From NCBI GenBank assembly GCA_963705905.1, contig OY970123.1, forward strand, positions 774,919-838,918: 64,000 bases of DNA. Direction: 5' to 3'. Numbering within the stretch: position 1 is the first letter of the stretch; each line of letters begins with the position of its first letter. The notes beneath the pieces are model-generated. The model worked only from the letters and a program-made list of their open reading frames with translations. It did no database searches and was not told the origin of the DNA. This DNA comes from an uncultured Chloroflexia bacterium. GTDB lineage: Bacteria > Chloroflexota > Dehalococcoidia > GIF9 > UBA5629. A program made the translations under genes and the position numbers. Below, in pieces: positions 46,410 through 55,584 of this stretch.

Positions 46410-47161
46410 TTAAATTCATTGAGGGGAAACTGCGGAATCATGTTCTCGGCCATCCACTGCCGCGCCTTGACCGGCTCGACCTTCCAGTTGATGGGACACA
46501 TAGACAGGACCTCTACAAAGGAAAGTCCCAGGCCGGCAAGCTGCGCCCTGAAGGCCAGCTCGATGGCTTTCCTGGCTTTCCTGACATTGGCCGGGTTGTG
46601 CAGTGATACCCTGGCTATATAGGAAGGGCCGTCCAACGTGGCCAGCATCTCGCTCATCCTTATGGGATAGCCCGATTGCTCGACCGTCCGTCCCTTGGTA
46701 GTGGAAGCTGAATACATTCCGATCAGGGTCGTGGGGGCAAGCTGGCCGCCCGTCATACCGTATGTGGCGTTATTGGCAAAGATTACGGTTATCTTCTCGC
46801 CCCTGGCCGCAGCGTGCACGATCTCGGCCGTGCCGATGGACGCCAGGTCGCCGTCGCCCTGCAATGTGAAGGGAAAGAGCTCGGGACGGCAGCGCTTGAT
46901 GGCTGTGGCAACGGCCGGTGCGCGGCCGTGCGCCGATTCGAGGCCATCCACCTTAAAATAAGCATAGGCCGTAACCGTGCAGCCAATGGATGCCACGCAG
47001 ACTGCCTTCTCCTGTATGCCCAGCTCGTCGATGACCTCGCCGATAAGGCGCTGGGTGATGCCGTGTCCGCAGCCGGGGCAAAAGTGCGTCGGCCGGTCTT
47101 CCATGACCTCCGGCCTGCCGAAGATCATATCTTCAAATCCGTTCATGCTCGCTTTTCTCAT
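46364..47161 (-). CDS. 2-oxoacid:ferredoxin oxidoreductase beta subunit (TPP-binding)
   Basis: FCPGCGHG cysteine motif, and a GDGD thiamine-PP motif. Confidence 0.85.
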   Translation of the reverse strand: MRKASMNGFEDMIFGRPEVMEDRPTHFCPGCGHGITQRLIGEVIDELGIQEKAVCVASIGCTVTAYAYFKVDGLESAHGRAPAVATAIKRCRPELFPFTLQGDGDLASIGTAEIVHAAARGEKITVIFANNATYGMTGGQLAPTTLIGMYSASTTKGRTVEQSGYPIRMSEMLATLDGPSYIARVSLHNPANVRKARKAIELAFRAQLAGLGLSFVEVLSMCPINWKVEPVKARQWMAENMIPQFPLNEFKCIPEVEALKKAVKG

Positions 47162-47170
47162 ATATTTCTT

Positions 47171-48217
47171 CTATGCCATTAAATCTATCGCTTCAAATAT
47201 TTCGTCGGCGGTCAGGGGCACGCCGCCCCAGGAGTTGACCAGTTTGATCTCGTTGCGGTTTCCCACAGCGATGCGCACATCCTCGACCATCTGCCCTGCG
47301 CTCATCTCGGCCACCACGAATTTACAGCCGCGGCCCGCCAGGTCGGAAAGCGGCTGGTAGGGGAAGGGCAATACCGTGATCGGCCTCAGCAGCCCCACCT
47401 TTATCTTATGCAGCCGCGCTTCCCGCATGGCTGTCATGGCTGAGCGGGCTACGCTGCCGTAGGCTACCAGCACTATATCGGCGTCTTCCAGTTCGAGGCC
47501 TTCGTAGCGGACCTCGTTGCGCTGCATCCTCTCGAATTTTTGCAGGATCAGCTTGATCCTGGCAGGATGGTCCATAGGGTTCATCTCGAAGGAGTTGATC
47601 AGGTTCTTGGGCCTACCGGATGCGCCGGTGATGGCCCATTTCTTCTCGGGCAGCCTCTTGACAGGCTCCCTCATCACGACCGATTCGACCGCCTGTCCTA
47701 AAAATCCATCGGCCATGACCAGGACGGGATTGCGATACTTGTCGGCCAGCTCGAAGGCCAGCATGGTATAGTCCATCATGTCCTGCACCGACGAAGGCGC
47801 CAGCGTTACCAGGTAGTAGTCGCCGTGCCCGCCGCCTCGCGTACACTGCATGTAGTCGCCCTGGGCGCCGCCTATATTGCCCAATCCGGGACCGGCACGC
47901 ATGATATTGGCGATCACAGCCGGTATCTCGGAACCGGCCATGTAGGAAATGCCTTCCTGCTGCAGGCTGAAGCCGGGGCTGGAGGTGGAGGTCATGGAGC
48001 GGAAGCCGGCTGCGGCCGCACCGTAAACCATGTTGATAGCCGCCAGTTCGCTCTCGGTTTGCAGGAAAACCCTATCATACTCGGGCATACGTTTGGCCAT
48101 ATGCTCGAGCAGATCGTTCTGCGGTGTGATGGGATAGCCGAAATAGGCGCCGCATCCGGCGAGAATGGCGCCTTCAGCTATGGCAATGTTACCCCCCATG
48201 AGGGTTCTCTCAGGCAA
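47171..48217 (-). CDS. 2-oxoacid:ferredoxin oxidoreductase alpha subunit
   Basis: GNIAIAEGAILAGCGAYFGYPITPQNDLLEHMAKRM, a canonical PorA/VorB N-terminus. Confidence 0.85.
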   Translation of the reverse strand: MPERTLMGGNIAIAEGAILAGCGAYFGYPITPQNDLLEHMAKRMPEYDRVFLQTESELAAINMVYGAAAAGFRSMTSTSSPGFSLQQEGISYMAGSEIPAVIANIMRAGPGLGNIGGAQGDYMQCTRGGGHGDYYLVTLAPSSVQDMMDYTMLAFELADKYRNPVLVMADGFLGQAVESVVMREPVKRLPEKKWAITGASGRPKNLINSFEMNPMDHPARIKLILQKFERMQRNEVRYEGLELEDADIVLVAYGSVARSAMTAMREARLHKIKVGLLRPITVLPFPYQPLSDLAGRGCKFVVAEMSAGQMVEDVRIAVGNRNEIKLVNSWGGVPLTADEIFEAIDLMA

Positions 48218-48244
48218 TAGACGGCTCCTCGATGATTAAACCGG

Positions 48245-48508
48245 TCAGGATGTTGTATCGTCGTCCGGGCTGCTGCGGTGGTATATGGTGATGGCAAGGT
48301 CGGGGCACATGATGGCACAGGCCTTGCATCCCGTGCAAATAAACGCTTTTTCCGCAATCAGCTCGGCGTAATTGACCCCGAAGCGGTTAATTTCTTTAGA
48401 TATACCGATGATCTCCCTGGGACATACCGAAACGCAGTACAGGCAGGCTTTGCATTTGTCTTTCTCAATGACGATGTAGTTTGTTTTACGGCTCTCAGAT
48501 ATCAACAA
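48245..48508 (-). CDS. 2-oxoacid:ferredoxin oxidoreductase delta subunit (2x[4Fe-4S] ferredoxin)
   Basis: CKACLYCVSVCP and CTGCKACAIMCP clusters. First gene of the D-A-B-G operon. Confidence 0.8.
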   Translation of the reverse strand: MLISESRKTNYIVIEKDKCKACLYCVSVCPREIIGISKEINRFGVNYAELIAEKAFICTGCKACAIMCPDLAITIYHRSSPDDDTTS

Positions 48509-48637
48509 TTCATCTCACCTTCAATCTAATACAAAAAAAGCGCAATGCAAAAGTTATTTTACAGATAGATTGACTACAAGTCAACAGGCGCAATTTCCGC
48601 AGGCCTTTCCAGCATATTTGGGGCAAAAGGCGCGGGA

Positions 48638-49831
48638 TTACTCGCTTCTGGCTATATAGCAGCCCGAGCAGACCACGTATTGCTTGCCGTCGGAGCCTGT
48701 TACCAGTTTGTAATAGGCCGATTTATAGAAAAGGCCTATCTGGCCCGGCATGGTGAAGACGTAATCTTCCCATCCGGTCCCATTGGCCAGCGCACCGGAG
48801 ACGATATCGTCCCTGAAAAGCTTGCCCGCCAGGTCCGGCACTCCTTTGAAATCGCGGCCGACCACAGCGGGGTTATCGGCGTTGGCAACCTCTATCACCT
48901 GGTTGTCGAAGACGTAGACGTAGAGCGTCGGGTCCTGCGGATCAAGGTAGGGAGCCTGCTGGGCATTTATTTTGACGATGGTCCCGGGCGCATCGGCGGC
49001 TATATCAGCGGCAGTCTTGCCGACCAGTTGAGTGACCGTATCACGTGAAACACTGGTGGAGGCATATTGCGGCAGTGCATAGCTGGTTATTATCTTTTCG
49101 TAAACGCTCATGCCCCCGGAGCTGTCCTCTTTTTTTAAATCTTCGAGGGCCTTCTGCCAGGCCTGTATTGTACCGTCCGGGACGTTTTTGTTAAAGGCAA
49201 TATAGAAGTCGTTCCTGACGGCATATTTGGCGGCCGTGATCTCGGCCGGATTGACGCCGGCCCTGTAGGCCACGAAGGGCATCCCCAGGGCAGGCCCCAG
49301 CCAGGCCTCGACCTGGCCGTTAACCAGCTTCTGAATGCACTGCGTGTCGTTCTCGCTTATATCGAGGTTGGTAAATCCCTGGCCGGATAAAAATACCTGG
49401 TTGGAGTCATCCTTGTAAACGGCTATGGACTTCAGCTTTCTGGCATCATCCAGTGAGTTGATCACAAGGTCCGAGCCGCGCCGGGTATAGAAATAGTTGT
49501 CGTCGAAGCCGATTGGCCCAACCCATTTAAACAGGCTCTCCCGGGAAGGCAATCTGACGGTAGAATAAAGGGCGGTGCCCGGTGCACTCTGCGCCAGCGC
49601 ATAGCCCTGAGACCAGGGCAGAAGCTCGAAGGTCGCATCGGCGCCGGTTGACTTCAATATCTGGCGGACTATCTCGGTCGACTGCCCCGTGATGGTCCCC
49701 TTTTCATCAGTAAAATTAAAGGGCGGATTGTCTTCCGTAAGGATATGCAGCCTGGGTGCAGGATTATTGACCACGCAGCCCGAAAGCAATATAAGGACTG
49801 TCAGAGCCAGGCCCATTATGTTCTTCAACAT
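48638..49831 (-). CDS. lipoprotein with type-3 solute-binding (PBPb) domain fused to a C-terminal single-Cache-like domain
   Basis: Lipobox LLSGC. The N-terminal ~230 aa resembles an amino-acid-type SBP. The C-terminal ~140 aa (VVGRDFKGVPDLAGKLFRDDIVSGALANGTGWEDYVFTMPG) fits the sCache_2 pattern. Confidence 0.55.
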   Translation of the reverse strand: MLKNIMGLALTVLILLSGCVVNNPAPRLHILTEDNPPFNFTDEKGTITGQSTEIVRQILKSTGADATFELLPWSQGYALAQSAPGTALYSTVRLPSRESLFKWVGPIGFDDNYFYTRRGSDLVINSLDDARKLKSIAVYKDDSNQVFLSGQGFTNLDISENDTQCIQKLVNGQVEAWLGPALGMPFVAYRAGVNPAEITAAKYAVRNDFYIAFNKNVPDGTIQAWQKALEDLKKEDSSGGMSVYEKIITSYALPQYASTSVSRDTVTQLVGKTAADIAADAPGTIVKINAQQAPYLDPQDPTLYVYVFDNQVIEVANADNPAVVGRDFKGVPDLAGKLFRDDIVSGALANGTGWEDYVFTMPGQIGLFYKSAYYKLVTGSDGKQYVVCSGCYIARSE

Positions 49832-49876
49832 CTTCGCCTCCCATCGCTAACAACTATTCCCTTGCGAATTATCGCC

Positions 49877-49915
49877 ATATCTTCACATATTCAAAGATAT
49901 GATATATTATATCTT
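49877..49915. promoter_or_regulatory. AT-rich palindromic cluster (ATATCTT-N10-AAGATAT-N9-ATATCT), candidate TetR operator
   Basis: Located in the divergent region between the lipoprotein gene and the TetR gene. Confidence 0.2.
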
Positions 49916-50026
49916 AGGTTGATTGACCAATTATGCAATAAAGTTAACCCCCTTTCCCCCGTTGTAAACCTGCCCGGATTTTACCGTCGGCCTAACAAAA
50001 TATAACCGTATTAAGAGGATTTTGCA

Positions 50027-50695
50027 ATGACAGTTAGAAAAAAGAAAATGGGCCTGATAAAGCCGCCGGGCAGGGGCACCAGGCTTAATCGGACCCAGAA
50101 GGGCAAGCAGATCGCGGCTATCAGAAAAAAGCAGATCACCGGAGCGGCTTACGAGGTCATTGCCGAAAAGGGATATTACAATTTCACCATGATGGATATA
50201 GCCAGGCGGGCCGGCGTTTCCTCAGGCCTGATACATCACTATTTCAAGGATAAAGAGAACATGCTGGTCACGCTGCTCAGGGAGATGCAGCAGAATATCC
50301 GCACTTCGCTGGAAAAGACCATCGAGAATGTGCCCGACCCATCTAAAAAACTGGATATTTTCATGGACCAGGCCTTCGACCTGGTGATCAGTCAAAGGGA
50401 ATACGTCTACGTTACCTACGATTTTATGACGCAAATCAAGTTCAATGAGCGCATGCAGCGCATCCTTAGCAAGCTATACCGCGGCTACAGGGAAACGCTG
50501 GAATCCATCCTCAAGGAAGGCAAGCAGAAGAATAAATTCAAGGACGTGGACGAGCATTACCTGGCCACCGTCTTCATCTCGGTATTGCTGGGGTTCGAAC
50601 AGCAGTATATCCTGGACAACACCGCCTTTGCCTACCGAGACTACACCAAACGCATCAAAGACTATATGTTCAGCCAGGTATCGATCAAGAAATAA
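50027..50695 (+). CDS. TetR/AcrR-family transcriptional regulator
   Basis: N-terminal HTH (FTMMDIARRAGVSSGLIHHYFKDKENM) and a C-terminal ligand-binding domain. The start could instead be the internal ATG at 50048. Confidence 0.8.
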   Translation: MTVRKKKMGLIKPPGRGTRLNRTQKGKQIAAIRKKQITGAAYEVIAEKGYYNFTMMDIARRAGVSSGLIHHYFKDKENMLVTLLREMQQNIRTSLEKTIENVPDPSKKLDIFMDQAFDLVISQREYVYVTYDFMTQIKFNERMQRILSKLYRGYRETLESILKEGKQKNKFKDVDEHYLATVFISVLLGFEQQYILDNTAFAYRDYTKRIKDYMFSQVSIKK

Positions 50696-50866
50696 CCAGG
50701 GCTGAGCAATGTGCTTCGTGCTAGGCCAGATCTGAGGTGCAATGCGGGCACCTCGATGCTTTCAACGGTATAGCACTGATGCAATAGGGACATTCTTTGG
50801 AATACCTTTTTCATAGTTAATACTCCATTTAATGTCTTTATATCGCCAAAATCCTTCCTTAAAAGC

Positions 50867-51346
50867 CTAACCCCGGCATAGCCCTTTCAAGAGGGAAAAA
50901 GCGGAAGGCTGGTCGAGCCTTCCCTCCTCGAAGTCATTTTTGATCCTGTCCACCGCCTCTTTCATGCCCCTGGCGGCCAGTCCTTTGTCATCCAGGGGAA
51001 ACTCGGGGAACAGGAAGAACAGGCGGGCAATATCGCCCCTGTTTCCGCAGATAAGCTCCTCCACGGGCTGCACCATCATATCCTTCTCCTCTTTGTTGAG
51101 CGGCGCACGCGTGAAGACATCATTGCAGAAATGATAGCGGCATTCCCTGGGCCTGATCTCATAGATCGGGCAGGTGCTGAATTTGTCCGAATAAAGCCCG
51201 CAATGTATATTCTTACAGCAGTAGCCGTCGCAGGGCGGGCATACCGCCACAGCAGTCTCGTTGAGTATCTTTACGATACGCGAGATCTGCGGCCCGAACA
51301 GCTCTTCGAACTCATCGTCGGTCAGGAAAATCTTGGTATGGTCCAT
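50867..51346 (-). CDS. YkgJ-family cysteine-cluster protein (CxxCxxCC zinc/iron-chelating domain)
   Basis: CPPCDGYCC motif plus further Cys residues (CGLY...C...CRYHFC). Confidence 0.65.
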   Translation of the reverse strand: MDHTKIFLTDDEFEELFGPQISRIVKILNETAVAVCPPCDGYCCKNIHCGLYSDKFSTCPIYEIRPRECRYHFCNDVFTRAPLNKEEKDMMVQPVEELICGNRGDIARLFFLFPEFPLDDKGLAARGMKEAVDRIKNDFEEGRLDQPSAFSLLKGLCRG

Positions 51347-51391
51347 CTTACGGTCAGCCCCGGTCCGCCGGGTAATTAATTTGAGTCGGCT

Positions 51392-51420
51392 TTGACTGTT
51401 GAATAGGCAGAAGTTAATAT
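51392..51420 (+). promoter_or_regulatory. sigma70-type promoter (TTGACT-17-TAATAT)
   Basis: Exact 17-bp spacer, about 110 nt upstream of the AbfD-like start. Confidence 0.4.
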
Positions 51421-51530
51421 TGAGAATACATCTTTGCCTGCAACACGCATATTAATTTTAACATAGCCCGGCAGGATGCACTGCGTCCTGAGCCTTTCAA
51501 TATATAAACAAAGTATAAGGAGGTCCCTGC

Positions 51531-53072
51531 ATGATAAGGACGGTAGAACAATATCTGGAAAGCCTTGACGACGGGAGGGTCGTCTATTGTCTGGGAGAAC
51601 GGGTAAAAGATGTCAGGACCCATCCCATGCTTCGCACTATGATAAGGTCGGCTGCCATGGATTTCGCTATGCCGCACGATCCGCGATTCCGCGACCTTTT
51701 CGTAACCAGGGACGAAGATGGCGAAGACGTCAATTTTTTACTTACGCCGCCCCGTACGGCAGAGGAACTGCTCAGACGGCGGGAATGCTTCGTGCAGGGC
51801 ATCCGCTCAGGCGGCGGCTTCCTTGTGCATTGCATGGGAGTTGACGCACTGGCTGCAGCGACCCTGGCGGCCAACAGGATGGACCGGGCGCTGAAGACCA
51901 ATTACGTGGAACGCGTTGAAAACTACCGTAAATTTCTCCAGAAAAAAGACATCGGACTGACAGGCGCCATGACCGATGTGAAAGGCGACAGGAGCCTGCA
52001 TCCATCGAAGCAGGTCCAGCACAAGGATTTCTACCTCCGCGTGATCGACAGGCAGAAGGATGGCATCGTTGTCAGGGGCGCCAAGATACACATCAGCGCC
52101 ACCCCATGCGCCAATGAGGCCATCGTGCTTCCCTGCCGCACCCATGGCGAAGACGATAAGGACTATGCCCTCTCATTTGCCATCCCTCTGGGGACCAAGG
52201 GCGTCAAGCTGCTGGCCGTTGAGCCTGTCACACGCAGCTATGGCGAGGAGGCAGCCTGGGACTATCCGCACGCTGCTAACCTCCAACCCACGGAATGCCT
52301 GATCGTTTTCGACGACGTTTTTGTCCCCTGGGAGAGAGTCTTTATGTGCGGCGAGTGGCAGTTCTCCAGGGATATCACCTATGGCTTCGCCAGCTTCCAC
52401 CGCCTCTTCGGCACCTGCAAGATGGTGGGCGAACTTGAGAGGCTTTGCGGCGCAGTAAGGCTGATAACCGAATACAACGGCCTCGAAAAATACGAGCACA
52501 TAAAGAACAAACTGGCGTGGATGGCAATGATCGCCCAGACGGTTGCTTCCCTGGGCGAAATGTCCTGCATCAAGGGAGTTAAAGATGAGGCCTCGGGCAT
52601 GATGGTGCCCGACCTTATGCTCACCAATTCGGCCAAATTCACCTTTGCCGATAATTTCCACGAAATGTGCAAGCTGGCGCAGGACATATGCGGCGGGGTA
52701 GCCACCACCGTGCCCAGCTACCGCGACTGGAAAAACCCGGAGATCCATGGCTATATTGAGAAATACCTGGGCGGCAGGGCTGGCATACCGACGGCGGACA
52801 GGATCAAGGTCATCCGCATGATCAAGGATATGACCCACAATTATTACCAGATCGACCATATACACGGCGAAGGCTCAAGGGCTGCCCAGCAGATTTTCCT
52901 CTACCTTAGCGCAGACTGGAACAGGTATAAAGCCGCGGCCAAGCGCGAGTTGCACATCGACGGTTGGCAATCCGACCCGGTTTACGGTGGGCTGATCGAT
53001 GCAGAAAAGGCTGTGGATCCCAAGATGCCGCCCGTGGACACCTCTTATAAGTTGTTTTCCAATGTCGAGTAA
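51531..53072 (+). CDS. 4-hydroxybutyryl-CoA dehydratase/vinylacetyl-CoA isomerase (AbfD)/HpaB-fold family protein
   Basis: Strong similarity to AbfD: AMTDVKGDRSLHPSKQ...DGIVVRGAKIH; HCMGVDA aligns to CVGMDA; HRLFGTCKM aligns to HRQSYGGCKV. AAGGAGG RBS. Confidence 0.75.
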   Translation: MIRTVEQYLESLDDGRVVYCLGERVKDVRTHPMLRTMIRSAAMDFAMPHDPRFRDLFVTRDEDGEDVNFLLTPPRTAEELLRRRECFVQGIRSGGGFLVHCMGVDALAAATLAANRMDRALKTNYVERVENYRKFLQKKDIGLTGAMTDVKGDRSLHPSKQVQHKDFYLRVIDRQKDGIVVRGAKIHISATPCANEAIVLPCRTHGEDDKDYALSFAIPLGTKGVKLLAVEPVTRSYGEEAAWDYPHAANLQPTECLIVFDDVFVPWERVFMCGEWQFSRDITYGFASFHRLFGTCKMVGELERLCGAVRLITEYNGLEKYEHIKNKLAWMAMIAQTVASLGEMSCIKGVKDEASGMMVPDLMLTNSAKFTFADNFHEMCKLAQDICGGVATTVPSYRDWKNPEIHGYIEKYLGGRAGIPTADRIKVIRMIKDMTHNYYQIDHIHGEGSRAAQQIFLYLSADWNRYKAAAKRELHIDGWQSDPVYGGLIDAEKAVDPKMPPVDTSYKLFSNVE

Positions 53073-53184
53073 TATGGATAGAGATGCCTGTAAACCGCCT
53101 GCCCCGTAAAAATGTTACAAATATTAGATGTTTCTGAAACGGAATTTATGATAATTAAATATCCGCCCTGATAACATATTTTCA

Positions 53185-53277
53185 CCGGGACAAATGAGGA
53201 ATGGTGGTTATGTGGTTGGAAAGTAGTAATGGTGGAATCGAGGCGGGATATTTTTAGGGATGGTTCATTTGTCCCGG
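53185..53277. repeat. perfect 13-bp inverted repeat (CCGGGACAAATGA / TCATTTGTCCCGG) around a 67-nt loop with two AATGGTGG copies
   Basis: Arms at 53185-53197 and 53265-53277, followed by TTTT. Lies between the convergent AbfD-like and histidine-kinase genes. Confidence 0.5.
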
Positions 53278-53292
53278 GTTTTAAAACAAATC

Positions 53293-55575
53293 TTATGAAG
53301 CTGCCGGACCGATCGGCAGAGTAAAAAATACGGTAGTCCCCTTACCTTCTTCAGATTCCATCCAGATACGTCCGCCATGTGCCTCAACCAGCCGTTTGCA
53401 TACCACCAATCCCAACCCGATACCCCTGGATGTGTCGTTCTTTTCCCTGCCTGCGCGCTGGAAGGGATTAAACAGCCGGGCCTGGTCATCTGCGGATATG
53501 CCCATGCCGGAGTCCTTGATACCCACCCGGACGAAGCCGTCCTGCCTGTCAGCGGAAATTTCTACCGGCGTGCCGGCACGAGAATACTTAAGCGCATTTT
53601 GCACAAGGTTGAAAATCACCCGCTCGATCCTTAAGGCATCCGCTTCTATAACCGGTATGTTGTCATTCAATTTCAGAACGAAGTGGTGATCGTCCTCCGC
53701 GCCGAACTTGGCTAAAACCCTTTTCAACAGGTCGGAGATCACAACGGATTGGTGGGAGATTCTAAGTCGGTCGGCCTGCGAACGGGACAGCTCCAGCAGA
53801 TTGTCCAGGATATGCGACAGTTCATCCGATTCAGCTGTGGCATCCTCAAGCAACTGCCTGATTTCAGCCTTTGACAATTTATTTATATCCTGTGCCAGCG
53901 TGTCCAGAGCCCCCATGATAACCGTCAGCGGCGTGCGCATCTCATGCGATACCATGCCTATAAAATCGTCCTTCATCTGGTCGACTTTCTTGCGACCCGT
54001 GATATCGCGGCCGTAAAAGCGGAACGTGCCATTTACGGTATCGTAGTAAATTGTTTCTTCATACCACAAGTCGCCGACCTGCACTTCCCGTGTGAGAATA
54101 TCAAGTTTGCTTCCGTTCTGGCTTGCGATCTCTTCAAGACCCTCAAGGATGGGATGCCGGCTGCCCAGGTCAGCCATGTCCGGAAAGGCGCGGCGGGATG
54201 CGCTATTCATATAGAGTATGTTGCCGTCCCTGTCCATTTCGATCACAGGCATGGGATTGCGATCGGGGAAGGACGCCAGATGGGCAAGCTCGGCCTCCAT
54301 GGCCTTGCGCATGGTAATATCACGCAGGAATACGAAGAGACGTCCGCCTTGTACATCATAGTAATTGACGCTGGCTTCGATATCGACGGTGCCGCCGTCC
54401 TTGCGCCTGTGGCTGGTCTCGAATCTCTCTGACCCCGTTTTTACTAACCGCTCAATGCGACGGGCTATATCCATTTCCGTATCCAGCGCCTCCACATCCC
54501 TTATTCTCATGCTCAGCAGCTCGTCCCGGCTGTATCCTGTCAATTGGCAGTAGGCGTCATTGACATTAAGGAAACGTCCGTCAAGGTCGACCATCCAGAA
54601 ACCATCCATAGCTGTTCGCAGGATGGTCTCCCTTTCCATATCCGCCTGCTTGCGCTCGGAGATATCGGCAAATATGGCCAGGTAGCCGATAAATTTTCGC
54701 TCCCCGTCGAAAAGGGGCACCGAATTGTTTATGGCCCAGATGAGGGAGCCGTCCTTTTTCACCATTTTAAGATCGTATTGCTCAATAATTCCTTGGCGCC
54801 TCTGCTGCTGCCTCACCTTCATCATAGGCAACTGTTCACTGCTGACAAGGTCCAGGAACTGCCTGCCGACTAACTCATCTATTGAATAGTCCAACATTTC
54901 GGCCATACGCCGATTGACGAAGGTAATCAAACCCTCGGGGTCAGCCAGCAAGATACCCTCGAAGGCATTCTCAACAATATCCCTGTAACGCTGTTTCTCC
55001 CTCTCGATCGTCCACAAAGATTCTTCTATCCTCTGCTGCTGTTTTACAATCTGCAGAAGCAGCTTCTCCCTGTCCAACTCAGCCTGCTTGCGTGCTGTTA
55101 TGTCACGGATGACGGCCAGGACGCCGACGATTGCATTGCGCTTTCCTCTGACCACAGACAGTGAAGATTCCACGAAAATACTGTTACCGTTATTCAGGAT
55201 GTGGATGTTCTCTCCCTGCCAGTAGCCGAATTTCTCGAGGGACTGCCTGGCATCGCTCTCATCGATCGGCTCTATCCATTCATTCCTGAAAAACTCACGG
55301 TAGTTTCGCCCTAGGGCATCCCCGGCCTTAACGCCATAAAGTGTTTCGGCAGCGTGGTTCCAGCAAAAAACCCTCTCCTCTACGTCCAGGCAGATGACAA
55401 CATCCTTAATCTGGGAAAGGAGATCGATCTCCAGTTCCTCATGCCCCCCGGACACCTTTAGCCCACGCCCATCGGTTTTTAAACTGGCCGTAGTAACAAG
55501 CTTCCTTTTCCCACCAGGATTGCTGCTGCCGGCTTCGACTGATATTTTGAGCTGTTTCTTCGCTTCACGCTTCAT
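53293..55575 (-). CDS. multi-PAS sensor histidine kinase (cytoplasmic)
   Basis: At least four PAS/PAC modules, then HisKA (SHEMRTPLTVI) and HATPase_c (GIGLGL). Confidence 0.85.
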   Translation of the reverse strand: MKREAKKQLKISVEAGSSNPGGKRKLVTTASLKTDGRGLKVSGGHEELEIDLLSQIKDVVICLDVEERVFCWNHAAETLYGVKAGDALGRNYREFFRNEWIEPIDESDARQSLEKFGYWQGENIHILNNGNSIFVESSLSVVRGKRNAIVGVLAVIRDITARKQAELDREKLLLQIVKQQQRIEESLWTIEREKQRYRDIVENAFEGILLADPEGLITFVNRRMAEMLDYSIDELVGRQFLDLVSSEQLPMMKVRQQQRRQGIIEQYDLKMVKKDGSLIWAINNSVPLFDGERKFIGYLAIFADISERKQADMERETILRTAMDGFWMVDLDGRFLNVNDAYCQLTGYSRDELLSMRIRDVEALDTEMDIARRIERLVKTGSERFETSHRRKDGGTVDIEASVNYYDVQGGRLFVFLRDITMRKAMEAELAHLASFPDRNPMPVIEMDRDGNILYMNSASRRAFPDMADLGSRHPILEGLEEIASQNGSKLDILTREVQVGDLWYEETIYYDTVNGTFRFYGRDITGRKKVDQMKDDFIGMVSHEMRTPLTVIMGALDTLAQDINKLSKAEIRQLLEDATAESDELSHILDNLLELSRSQADRLRISHQSVVISDLLKRVLAKFGAEDDHHFVLKLNDNIPVIEADALRIERVIFNLVQNALKYSRAGTPVEISADRQDGFVRVGIKDSGMGISADDQARLFNPFQRAGREKNDTSRGIGLGLVVCKRLVEAHGGRIWMESEEGKGTTVFFTLPIGPAAS

Positions 55576-55584
55576 AAAAATTTA

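Noticed and set aside
52173-52865. 230-aa minus-strand ORF inside the AbfD-like gene
   Set aside because: Antisense shadow; the + strand frame has strong family similarity.
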